This document shows positions 49,679 through 62,800 of a stretch of 64,000 nucleotides of DNA, one piece after another. Made by a program: the position numbers and the translations under genes. Numbering within the stretch: position 1 is the first letter of the stretch; each line of letters starts with the position of its first letter. The notes under the pieces are model-generated. The model was not told the DNA's origin. It made no database searches and was given only the letters and a program-made list of their open reading frames with translations. Source of the stretch: Podarcis filfolensis (lineage: Eukaryota); NCBI GenBank assembly GCA_964270895.1, contig OZ185444.1; one strand, 5' to 3'.

Positions 49679-52600
49679 GTGAGTGTTTCTTGAAGAGATT
49701 GCACTCTCTTTTTTATGCCACCCTTGTGTGCGGTATTAAGGCTGGTTCATGCATACATGTACATCACCTGATAGCTCATTATCAGTCAGGGTTCCTTCAG
49801 ACTGCCATTATTTTGCAGGGCGGATTCAAGTGCACACCGGAGCATTTAATTTGTGCATTAGTAGTGGATTGGTGCTCTCTGTCACCCTAGCTCAGAGGCA
49901 GTGTTAGGGTAGCGCGACTAGTTTGGCCGCATGGAGCACCGCACTGCAGGGGGCGCCACAACAGTGCTGCAGAACGGAGCACGAGAAGGGGAAGCACACA
50001 CCAAATTTTAGTGTTGCACAGGGTGCTACTTGAATTTGAGAGTCCAAAGTCTGCCACTGTCCTAATGCAACAAATCTGCTTTCAAAACAAAACAAACCCA
50101 GGCTTTATGTAGTTCAGAATACACATCATGAGCAGTTGTACAGTTAAGTATTTTTAAATCTACTGCACTGGAGGGGGTTTGGATGAGGCCACAGTGTCCC
50201 TCTGTCCCCCTCTGTTTGGCTGTGCTGGGCTCTGCCAGTGGAGTAGCTCTGCTGCCTCAGAAGCCCCAACTGCACCTGCACAAAACTGTTAGAATTCCTG
50301 ATCTATGATTGCAGTCATAGGATTGTTGTCTTTCACATGACGGTATATGTTTTGACTCCACAGAGTGGGAAGTGATGGAGACAGGATGTTTGTGTTACTG
50401 TGTTCCGTGAAGTGGGACTATTGTCCTTTGTTCTTTTTCTCTTGGCTGTCTGATGCTAGAGAGAGAGGGAGCCATGTTGCAGTGCTCTGTGTGTGTTTAT
50501 ATGTAAATAAAGTAGATTAGCCAAAATGCTGAGTTGCTGAGGTCTGTTATGCAAAGCTGAGAAGACTCTGCAGATCCCTAATTGTGCTGATGTCTGTTGG
50601 CATCGGTCGCTGTGATGTTTGGGCTGAAGAAAGCTTATGAAGCTCCCGAACGATCGACCAGGAGGGAGGGAACATGCCAGTCGGGTGTGTGTCTCTGCCA
50701 GGGTCCTACTCCAGTGTAGGCTGAACTCCTGACAAAAACAACACATTGACAGCAGCTGCCACTGAGGTTTTCCACAGGAGGTAGCTGGTGCATGTGTCCC
50801 CCCCCATGGGGCATTTCAGGAGTGGGTGGAGGGCAGGGGGTGGATCTCAGCTAGCCAAGAATCCACTGGATCCCAAGCTATTGGCAAGTTGTAGCAATGG
50901 CCCCAATCTAGAGTTTTCTGCTATGGCAGCCTTGCGCAGGTGTAGTAAAAATACAAAATTTTCCACTCCTCCCCCACCTTGCCTTCTGTTTTGGATGGCG
51001 CAAGCGGTGGGGGCTACAGATGTGGCAGTGGTTCCCACATTCCATTAAGCCCAGCTGCTGTTCACCAGAGTTTGGACTGAACCCTTAATGGCCTTACAGG
51101 GGCTCCCTTTTTAAATGATCATGTGTGTCACTTCACTTACATTTCAAAATGCAAGCAAAGCCCTGCTGTGTTTGGAGCCCTTCTCCTCTTTGAGGCCCTG
51201 GACTCCTGCCCCAAAGTCCTGCCCTGATTGTCACACTTTCCCATTAGATATCGACAGTGTTTATATTTTGTTCTAGGCAGCGACTTCTGCATCCATCCTT
51301 TGGTGAGGGAGGCCCTGGACAGCAGGAGGCCTGTCGTTGCCTTGGAGAGCACCATCATTACACACGGCATGCCATATCCCCAGAATCTGAGGTAGGCAGA
51401 GACTGTAATTTTCTTGCACAGTGAAAGCTGCAAGCTGGACTAGGCCAGAGACTGATGCACACATTCACACACCTCTCCTGACATCTCATTGCTTGTTGAT
51501 CTGCAGCTAAACTGAACTCATGAACTGCCTTCATTGAAAAGGACTATTTCTGGGGTAACCAGGTCAGGGGCATTGCTAGGTATTTAAAGGACTTGGAGCA
51601 GAGGCTCCTGACACAAATCTACATAGAATTTGCATGTGCTAATTTATGTAGACAGCCCTGGGAAGTTGAGGGGGTGGCTGAGTGGCAGGGGTCTTCACCA
51701 GTAATGCATTTTGCATTGTACCCAGCCACTGGGTGAGTGGCTTTTGGGGAAAATTTTAAGAAAATGGAAGTGGCAGAAAATATGGGACCCACCACAAGAG
51801 CCTTCCCCGCCGGGCCACACCATAACAATGCTGAGGTCATCAGGAAAAATGACAGCTCTGTCAATTACATTTGACCTTCAATGGCTGCTTCACAAGTTCT
51901 AGCTATTGCCTGAAGTTGCAGTCACCAAGTAATAAACATATGCTTGAAGGTAGGATCCACTTAAGCCTGTTTCATATTCCTATAACCATACATTTTTGAT
52001 GGTAGTGAAGCTTGATAAGCCTATCTGGGGCAGTCTTTGCACAGCAAATGAACAGATGGCACAGTCTCTTTAGGATTAAGGTACCACTGCAGATTGCAAG
52101 TGCGGGAATTGCATTCTTGAACACTCCTCTGGGTGGAAAAAATTCATTGACATTAGAAAAGCAGCGCATCAGGGAATGTGTAGAATCTGAGGAAGGATAC
52201 ACCAAATGATTTATCTTTATGTAGATTGCCATTCAGAATAGATAAAACCAGGACATTTTTTTTCAGCCGGAGCTCACCAGAACTCAGTCCTGGCACCTCT
52301 CAGGTGGGCTCCATTGCCATCATAAGAGAACAGGGGAGGGGGTCATGGTGAGTTCCAGCACCTCTTTTTCTAGAAAAATAGCACTGGTCAATAACCTTGA
52401 CATACTAGAGAATAGGTTTTATGTTGGCTAAAGGCAGGGCTATTAGGACAGTGGGGATCCCAGATTGCTACCTACATTTTTGAGCAGGGATTGGGGAACC
52501 TATGGCACTCTAGATGTTGTTGGACTCCCATCAGCCTCTGTCAGCATTGCAGAATGGTCAGAGGTGATGGAAACTGTACTCCCAACAACACCTGAAAGGC

Positions 52601-53771
52601 CAAGGGGTTCCCCATATCTGATTTTTCCCTGTGCTGGCAATCTGGCCGTAAATTGATAGCGCAAGAACCTCGTTGCCATTAAAAACTAACCCAAGATTTG
52701 TTAGGCATCAGATTATGTAGCCACAGGGGAAGGAAATGAAATGTAAATAAGGGTGTGGTGAGGGATTGGGTGATGGAGTACAGCTTTTAATACCATGGCA
52801 ACTTATTTTGCCTTCTTTTTCTTTTGCGTTGCTCGCAATGCACCAGCATGGCCAGAGAGGTAGAAGAAATAATAAGAGCAAATGGGTCTGTGCCAGCAAC
52901 TATCGGCATTTTAAGCGGTCGCATCCACGTGGGCCTCCAGAATGAACAGCTTGAGTCCTTGGCCAAGAGCAAAAACGCAATAAAGGTGTCTCGGAGAGAT
53001 CTTCCCTACATTCTCAGTCAGGTATTGGACTAAACTCTCGGGGTGGTGGTGGTTTGATTTCTTTTATGTTCCCATGGTTCAAATCTCTATAGAGCACACA
53101 TAATCTCTGAACATAACATAAGAACATGAGAAGAGCCTGCTGGATCAGTAGGACTGGAACCACTTCAAAGCAGTGCCACCTACCCACAGCTCAGACAGCC
53201 ACTCCAGAAAGATATGGTGCTTGATAGTATTGAAAGCTGCTGAGAGGTTGAGGAGAATTAACAGACATATTTCCCCTGAATCTCTCCCAGCAGAGGTCAT
53301 GCAGGGTGACCAAAGCAGTTACTTGCAGGCCAAATGGGGTGACCTAGTAAGCTTAATTAGGTCCAGGTTCCCCACCTCTGTAGTTTACAGTTCTTATGAC
53401 CAGTAGCCATGGATAGCCTTGTCTCCATTAATTTGCCTAGTCTCCTTTTTGAGCCACCCAGGTTGGCTTACATTGCTGTATTTTGCCCAGTGGTGGAACG
53501 ATGTGAGAGGGTTGGAATCTAAGCACTCCTTGCTGAGGGTCTTGTGCAATCTAGATTATGACTGGCTGTTCCACACAGGGCTTGTCTGGTGGTACAACTG
53601 TGGCTGGAACCATGATTGTGGCACACAAAGCAAAGATCCCTGTATTTGTGACGGGAGGAATTGGAGGGGTTCACCGCGGAGGAGAGAAGAGTAAGAGAAT
53701 TAATTTTATAACTAGAAATTAAATTCCAAATGCTGTTTTAATTTTGTAACCAGAGGTTAAATGCTAAATGC

Positions 53772-53810
<39 letters not shown>

Positions 53811-56800
53811 ATTCTAGGCTTATAACCACCTATCATTTTATGGATCTCCTCTAGGAATGGAAAACTTGGGGCCTTTCAGATACTTTTGCATGCTAATTCC
53901 CATAAGCTCAGCCTACAAGGATCATGGGAGTTATAGTCCATCAGCATCTGCAGGGCACCACATGGGCTACATCTGAGTTAATGGCATTTCTCCACATTCT
54001 TCCCTCCCTACCCTGCTTCCTCTCTGTTCTAGAGGTGAGAACCAGGACACCCTCCCCAATTCATATACAGCACAGTCTCAAAACTGATCCACCCCACACA
54101 CCTTGCAGTTGCTACTTAGAAACACATTGAGTTAAACGCATTCACTCGTTTAGCGCTACAATCCTATACACACTTGCCATGGGGTACACTCAGTGGTTTT
54201 TTTTTTTCTTAAAAAATGTTTAGGGGTACTCTCATTTTGACTCAAGAAAGTCACCATTTTATAGTTCAGACTGGGAAAAATAAATACAGTAAATGGACAA
54301 AAGTACAAAGATTCACAAAACGTTTAATGGTGTGTGCACCCCTGCGTCCCCCCAGAAAAAAGCAGTGGGTGCACTTCACTGAAACCAACACGACTTATTT
54401 TGGAGTAGCCATGTATAGGATTAATCCAGGGCCAGCCAGCTCATGAGGTGGGCTGAGGCAGCCGCCTCAGGCAGCAGAAGCCCATGAGGCAGTGCCTCTG
54501 CAGGCATGCTGCCCACCCCACCCCACCACCTCTGCCACCGATGGAGAAGCAGCAGTGCCGAGATCTCACCGAAATCCCACAACATCTCTTGAATTCTCAT
54601 TTGGTCCATGGGATCTCGCCACTGCCATTTTGTGGATGCTGCCAAACAACCCGGGTAAGGGAGGCTTCCGCAGGGACGGTGGCAGCGAAAGGTCAGGGTG
54701 GCACTTTCCTGTTTCACCTCTGGTGGCAACATGGAATGCACCACTCTTGGATTCTTCTGCTGAAGTTGCATCTTGTTTGACCCTCAGACCGTAGAAAGCC
54801 ACAGCCATTTAGAGTGGATGGTACTGGCAAGATGAGCCAACGGTCTGACTCATTATAAGGCAACTTCATATGTTACTTTAATACAGAATTATGATGGTTC
54901 CCACCCTACCAGTTTGCCCATTTGGTGGCTATGAGATTTGGCAGGGCAACTGTCTTTTCAGTCTTTTCTCCCTGTCCTTTTCAGCTTTGGATGTGAGTGC
55001 AGACCTGACAGAATTAGGCCGTACTCCGGTTGCCGTGATTTCCGCAGGTGTGAAGTCTATACTGGATATTGGCAGGACATTGGAATATCTGGTAAGGAGC
55101 CACAAATGCAGTGCAGAGGGAAGGAACAAGAGACAGAAGGCTGGTTAATCTGGCCTTTCTCAGTACTGTCGTTCCAGCTTCAAGTAGAATTTACTCCCAT
55201 ATTTCAATGGATAGTTGTACTGTCATGGTTGTCCTGCTCAGAACTCTGATAGGGATAGTGGGATAGTAGGGATAGTGGAGAATTTGATAAAGTTCACACT
55301 GAAAGGCAAGTCTCCATAATTTATACTTTCCAAAGCGATATGCAAACCAAAACACAGCCAGCTTTCAGAATTTTCACTTCTCTGAATTTTGCAATGCGGT
55401 TCTCTGGCCAAGTATTGTGTACAAAAAAAAGCATATGCTGGGGCAAAGTATGCATATGCTAGTGAAAATAACTTACAAAAGTGTTAGGGAACATTGCTTT
55501 GCAAAAAATTCTATATTAGGCAAAATTGCATGTGAATGTAATGTGCACTAAAATGCTTAGTAACTTTCATGAGAACTTTAAAAAGTCCAAACTTATGTGG
55601 AAATGTGGAAAACTGAACTTAACATTGGGAAAAGGAGAAACTGAAACTGACAAATATGCCTATTCCTCTTTTGAGCGTAGTGGAGGTGAAGGAGGCAAAT
55701 TATCTGTTTTTACGAATGTTTCTGTGCAACCAAATTATTAATCAAATTGATTTGAAACTGGCTTAAGTTTCTAACACAGAAACATTCCTACCTAATTTAT
55801 TTTAAAAGTAGTTGGGTGGCTTGTGCACCCACAGTGGGCTACAAGGAATACATAGGCAGCCCACATGCATTATAGAGATTATAGCAATTAAAATGTATAT
55901 ACTTTGAGGTTGTAGACACAGTTCAAAGACAAAACAAGAAAGAGATTTGTTGGGCTTGCTGCATCTAGTTCATGAGATCGGATTCTATCAAGTCCATGGA
56001 GCTGGAGGAAAGGGCATGTATTTTATCCTTTTGTGTGAGAGTAGTAAGGGTTTCCTGTTTGGGGAGGGGCTGTACCTCAGTGATACAGCTTGTGTCGTGG
56101 GTGCAAAAGTCCCTAAGTCCTGACATCTCCAGGCAGCAGGGCCCTCAGCTAGTCAATCTAAGAAAGATACCTGCACATTGCAGCAGACAGTGAAGAGCTA
56201 GCTGGACCAATGGTCTGACCTGGGATCATGGAAATTCCCTTTGATTCTGTAGTGTGGCAAGTGATTTGGTCCATAACCCAGAAAGATGGCTTTTGCTTTC
56301 ATATCATGTATAGTATTTTCACTTTGCCCCTGCTCTTCACCTCTGCAGGAGACTCAAGGTGTCTGTGTGGCCACCTTTGGAGACTCCAGAGAGTTCCCAG
56401 CCTTCTTCTGCCATCAAAGCGGCTTCCAGGCCCCATATCATGTGCAGAACGAGGAGGATGCTGCACAGCTGATTGGTGAGCTGTCCGTGGAACAAAGCGC
56501 TTTTTGAGAATGGAGGGTTTGAGTTTCAACCAATGAGCTTCTCAGTTTCCCTGAGGTGGCAGTTCATTGCCCACGTAGTGGGGAACAAAGCCCATTGTAG
56601 TCCGTTGGGTTTACTTTTGAAGAAATGCGCATGGGATCAGGACAAATCTGTCCCACGTGCTCCTTTCCATCCTTGGATATCTTCTCTTGTTTTCAGTATC
56701 CTGTTCTTAACAGCAGGGCTGGTGTTGAGGCTTGGCAGGGGCAAGCTTTCACACCCCAGGTGACAAGAGCCCCCGAACCCAGGGCTTTTTTTCTGCTGAA

Positions 56801-59800
56801 AGAAGCTCAGCAACTTAGGGTTGTCTGTCCAAAAATGGTGGGGGTTCCTGCACCTCTTCTTCCAGAAAAAAAAGCACTGCCTGGACCTACTGAAGTTAAT
56901 GGTGGGTGGCCACCTTGTTTCAACCTGCTCTTTAGAGTGAATATTCCTGTTTCACTGTCTTGGCTCTGCGCGTGGATTGGAATGTAACGTAAGCGAAATA
57001 ATTATTATTTATAATTATTTCTCTTTTAAACATTCTGTTGTGACTTGGAGCTGCTAAGTAGCAGGATGCTACGCTGGTAAAATCTCTTTCAGAATGGTCC
57101 AGGAAGTGACTGAATGTCATAACGTGCCACCCGTTTCCAGGGAAATTGTACAGAAAAAAAGGGTGGCTGCCCCCACGTATCTATGCACTCACTGGGGCTG
57201 ATGGGAGTTGTAGTCCAAAACGTCTGGACGGCAGCAAGTTAGTGACGGCTGCATTAAACTTCGTTGGGTGCAAAGCAGTTGACACCAGAGGCTACTGGGA
57301 CGAAGAAACAAATTGCAAGCACATGCATATACATCTATAAGCGATGAAATTTGTGATGCCACCTTTGCCACCTGTTTCAGCAGAGAAACACAGTTAATGA
57401 CCTTTCTTCCTCAGCCAGGTCCCTGAATTTGCAGCTGGGCAGTGGAGTGCTGATTGCAGTGCCCTGCCCTGAGGATCAAGCTGCTTCAGGACAGCTTATT
57501 GAAGAAGCAATCCAGCAGGCTTTGAGAGAGGCTCGGTAAGCTGCTGCTGCTGAAATCCCGTAGCTTTTCATAACACAAATGTTCTGGGTTTGTTTGGTTT
57601 GTCTTCCATAGCCCTGCCAGAGCACCAGCCAAAGGGGGGGGGGGAGGCAGTTGTCCACAGATCCCTGCAGCCTCTGACACCCAAGTTCCAGCCAGTGGGT
57701 GCCCTCTAGGGGCAGGTTTTCTCCAATCAAGTCCCTCCACTTAAAAGCCTGAGCTGAGCTCACCTTGGATAATCAATGCATATATTTATTAAGTTTGTAG
57801 CATAGATAGGGCTACCTGATGCATTTCCCCCTTTGTATGGATAGAAAGATGATTTATTTGTGCTCTTCTCATATACAAATATAAAATGACTGGTTCTCAT
57901 CCAGATTGCTCTTCTTACATTTGCAGGGAAAAAGGGATTACAGGAAAGGAGCTTACACCTTTCTTGCTGCAGAAGCTAAACAAGTTATCTAGTGGGGAGT
58001 CACTTAGATCCAGTATCCTTTCCTGAAAATGCTCGCTTCTTACTTCCCCTCCTCAAAATCCAATTGCATAATTTTTTCCCATGTTCTCCATACTTTCTGG
58101 GAATCTTACACTGCCCCAGCGCAACATTACATTGACAGCATTCTGAGAAATTAAAATAGAGGGGGATCTTTGCACCAGTTTTTTACACCTACTTTTCTTT
58201 TAGCTCTTGGGTTCTTCTGCTTTTATTTTCCTTTCATCATACCCTTCCCCATTATCAGATATTGCCTTGATCAAGAACAACGCCAAGGTGGGCAGCCGCA
58301 TAGCTGTGGCCCTGAACAAGATCCAAAGAGCCCAGGGCTGGGGAGACGACTTGGCTCAAAATGAAAATGTATCTCCTGTACCAAGACCGGTGAGTGGCCT
58401 GCTCCGTAAGGGTCGCCACTCTCTCAGAGAGAAACAGCTTGGCTGCTGCAGCTCATTTGCACATTGCCTTAACCTTGTGGTCTTGGCCTCGGGTTCCTCC
58501 AGGCAATGTGATGATTGAGCATTTATCCAGATTTCTTTGCACAAAGCTTACCTGGTGGTTAGACTATGTTAAATGAGGGTCTTTAGGTCAGCCACCACTT
58601 TTGCCTTCTCTAAGACTAGCAGTGCTTCCCTGCAAAATATTTTTTCTCAAATGGAGATAATCTCAGTGTAGGTAAAACAACACAAAAAGTCACAAATGTG
58701 GAGCTGAAATGAAGAGATCTTAAAAGTCATCTAGTCAAACTCCTCACTGATGCCAGTTTATAATGTATGTACACCAATCGTGCATGAAAACAGAATGTCT
58801 CTTTTGTCACAATGATGCTTGCTTGGAAATGCAAATGTTGCAGTCATCGAACAAGAAGAGCAAGGAGGCATGCCTCAAGGAAGTGCTTTTAAAAGCAGTA
58901 ACTTATTTTGGTAGGAATGACTAATGCATTTTCAACCACAGTCCATCCACAGGGGCACTAACACAAACTATTTTTTGAATGCTCAATCAACACATCCTTT
59001 TTAAAATGGATACTCAAACATAACCTCCAGCAAACATGTTGAGTTGTTTATCAGCTGTCTAATGTTGCATGAATGTTGGACAGTGACTATCTTGAGAGTT
59101 TTTAAAAATGCAATTTGACAATAATTTTGTACTTTCTCTCTGGAGGTTGTTTATTTACAAGTTGCATTAGGGCTTTGCATTTATTTACTTTTTTCAATAT
59201 GTACTTTGTTTTACTGCTCCTAAGGAAAACCTTTTGGTTGAAAAGCACTGACCATTCTTCTGTGGACAAAGTTGATTTATTTGCTCCCACTGCCTTTCAG
59301 GGAACCATCTCTTTTTTTTTTTTTTATAATATATTTATTGAAGTTTTCAAATAAAGCATATATTAGATAAGCACAACTTATCATTGTCCATTTAACATCT
59401 CTCAATTGTTACATGGGACTCCCCCACACCTCCCGCATACACTTACATCATTATTAAATTAATTTCAAACAAATTATCATTTAACTCATCTTAATTAATA
59501 ATCTTAATTTGGTTTGACATATAATTCAGCCTTAAATCTAATTTAATGGTAGACAATTGTCTGCACTGGCATCCAATTCAACACTCAGCCAAATTACAAT
59601 ATTTTTGTAAATAAATCTTAAATTTCCTCCAGTCTTCTTCCATCCTTTCTTCTCCCTGGTCTCGAATTCTGCCGGTCATCTCGGCTAATTGCATATAGTC
59701 CATCAGTTGCATCTGCCATTCTTCCACAGTGGGTAGCTCCTGAGTTTTCCAATTCTTGGCAATTAATATTCTTGCTGCTGTTGTTGCGTACAAAAAGAAT

Positions 59801-62800
59801 GTTCTGTCCTTTTTTAACACGCTCTGGCCGACAATACCCAGGAGAAAGGCCTCTGGTTTCTTAGTAAAGGTGTATTTAAACACCTTTTTTAATTCATTAT
59901 ATATCTTCTCCCAAAAGGCCTTCACTCTAGGGCAGGTCCACCAGAGGTGAAAAAAAGTTCCTTCATTTTCCTTACATTTCCAACATTTGCTATCAGACGA
60001 ATGGTATATTTTAGCCAGTTTAACAGGGGTCATGTACCATCTATACATCATTTTCATCACATTTTCCTTCAACGCATTACATGCAGTGAAGTTCAGCCCA
60101 GAGGTCCACAACCTTTCCCAATCTTCAAACATAATATTATACCCAATATCCTGCGCCCATTTTATCATTGTTGATTTTACCATTTCGTCATGTGTGTTCC
60201 ATTTCAGCAGCAAGTTATACATTCTTGAAAGTACCTTAGTCTTAGGTTCTAACAGTTCAGTTTCTAACTTTGACTTTTCCACTTGGAATCCTAACTTTTT
60301 GTCATTTTTAAACACTTCTTTAATCTGAGCATAGTGTAACCAGTCTCGCACTTTGTCTCTCATCTTTTCTAAACTCTGCAATTTCCAGTTGTCACCATCC
60401 TTTTCTATTATCTCCCAATATTTTGGCCAGTTGGCCTCCATATTGGCTCTTTTCCGAGCCTTAGCCTCCAGGGGTGACAGCCACCTCGGAGTTTTATTCT
60501 CCAATAAGTCTTTATATTTTGTCCAGACATTAAAAACTGATTTTCTGACAATATGGTTCTTGAAGGCCTTATTTATCTTAGCTTTATCATACCATAAATA
60601 TGCATGCCATCCAAACGCATTATTAACAGGGGGAACCATCTCAAGGTGGCCTATGGAAGACTTTGAAAAGGCAATGTAATGTGAGGCACATATAGATAAC
60701 AAGGTCCCCCATGTTATGGACTACAACTCCCACCAACCTTTACCATTGGTCATGTTGGCTGAGGCTGATGAAAGTTGTAGTCCACAATATATACAACAGA
60801 TGCCACCACATTGCCTGTCCTTGCTGTGAATTTACTACTTTCAAGCATTGCTTGAAACATGCCTCCTCCTTCTCTTGTCTGATAACTGCACACCAAGCTT
60901 TCATTAATATGAGGGGGCGTATCTAGATCAGCTTCTGCGCAACTTCTGATCCACTAAGCCAAGTGTTGATCATTATTAGCCCACCAAGGACTCAATAACC
61001 CTCCTTTGTTTCTACTGCCTCGGTGGCACTGCAAAAACTGTGGTTGTCTTCTGCTTTGAGCAGGGCTGGGGAGACTGTGGCCCTCCAGATGGTGCTACAC
61101 CCCAGCACCCCTAAGGACCAATCCCCATGGCCAAAGGTCAGAGTTGATGGAAGCTGGTGTTCAACGATGTCTGGACAGTTGCAGGTTCCTCAGCCTTGGC
61201 TTTGTGGGCATGTCTTGGAAGAAGGGCTCTGGAAGAAAGCTCTGCTGATGGCTTTCTTCCTCTCACCCACCCACCCACCTCTTGTTTTCCTTTCAGGTGG
61301 TCATTGGTGGCATCAACGTTGATTTCATAGCCAAGGCAAGAGATGCAACAATAGTGGTAATTGCACCTAGCAATATTTAAGCTGCATTTTCCTTACCCTA
61401 ACCTGTTGCTGTAAAGCTCATCGGATGCAAGGAGCTCACATGTCATCTTTCCAGACTATTAGGAAGTATAAGGGCTGGCAGTCTGGAGGCAGGCAGGTAC
61501 TACCCAGGCAGGTAACCAAGCCTAAAAGGTGTTAGGCAAGCAAACATGTGTATAGGTGGTTAGAAATGGGCTGATCTGGGCAGATAGAAATGGGCCATCT
61601 GAGGATTTATACCAGGCATAGGCAAACTCAGCCCTCCAGATGTTTTGAGACTACAATTCCCATCATCCCTGACCACTGGTCCCGTTAGCTAGGGATGATG
61701 GGAGTTGTAGTCCCAAAACATCTGGAGGGCCGAGTTTGCCTATGCCTGATTTATACAGATGTTGATGATGTTGATGTGAAGGTTGAATTTGTGTCATCAG
61801 AGAAATGAAGGCGGGGGAAAGCAGTCTTCAGGGTGCAATAGAAAAGCCCTAGCTCACTACTTTTTCCAGGTATGTCTGTCTGCCCCACGAGAGCAGCTCA
61901 ATAATTCATTTATTTAACAAGATTTATAACCCACCTAATCAACAAAAACCTCTAAGTGGTTTACATAAAACAATATGAAATATCCATAAGAAGCATACCA
62001 TTAAAATATAGCTTTAGAAAAGTAGATCTAAGATTTATTGAAATATACCGTATTTTTTGCTCTATAGGACGCACCGTCCCATAAGGCGCACCTAGTTTTT
62101 TGGGGGGGAAATAAAGGGGGGGAAATTATTTCCCCCCCCCAGGGGGAAGCTTCCCCCAACCCCAGCCCCCAAACAGGCAGCTCTCTGCAAGCCGTGGGAG
62201 CCCAGCGCCTGGCTCCCGCTGCTTGCGGAGAGGTCCGCGAAGCCTGGACGCTCTGAGCTCAGGGCGCGCAGGCTTCAGCATTCAGGCAACTCTCTGCAAG
62301 CCGCGGGAGCCCAGCGCCTGGCTCCCGCAGCTTGCGGAGAGGTCTGCGAAGCCTGGACGCGCTGAGCTCAGGGCGCGCAGGCTTCAGCATGCAGGCAACT
62401 CTCCGCAAGCCACGGGAGCTCAGCGCCGGGCTCCCGCGGCTTGCGGAGAGGTCCGCGAAGCCTGGAGAGCGAGAGGGGTCAGTGCGCACCGACCCCTCTC
62501 GCTCTCCGGGCTTCAGCGAAAGCCTGCATTCACCCCATAGGACGCACACACATTTCCCCTTCATTTTTGGAGGGGGAAAAGTGCGTCCTATAGGGCGAAA
62601 AATACGGTAAGTAAAACCAGCAGTTTTGGAACACATGCCTAATAAGTTGGTGTTTGGGAATATGTACTTGAGTGAAACGTTGCTTAGACTAGCCTTCACC
62701 AATCTGGTGCCCTCCAGATGTTTTGGACTACATGGCCATGTTGGTGAGGACTGATGGGAATTGTAGTCCAAAACATCTGGAGGACACCAGATTGGTGAAG

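Noticed and set aside
59281-60690. A host exon disrupted by the L1 (tttcag|GGAACCATCTC...GCAAT|gtaatg at the empty site)
   Set aside because: It would be 44 or 49 nt and so frameshifting, and exons 9 and 10 already join perfectly (PRP|VVIGGINVD). Probably a chance acceptor.
59578-60702. 374-aa ORF as a host gene
   Set aside because: It is the L1 ORF2 C-terminus, with Cys knuckle, polyA and TSD. Its first roughly 24 codons run outside the element into flanking DNA.
62175-62470. CRISPR-like repeat array
   Set aside because: The units are contiguous 109-bp tandem repeats without unique spacers, inside a eukaryotic transposon.
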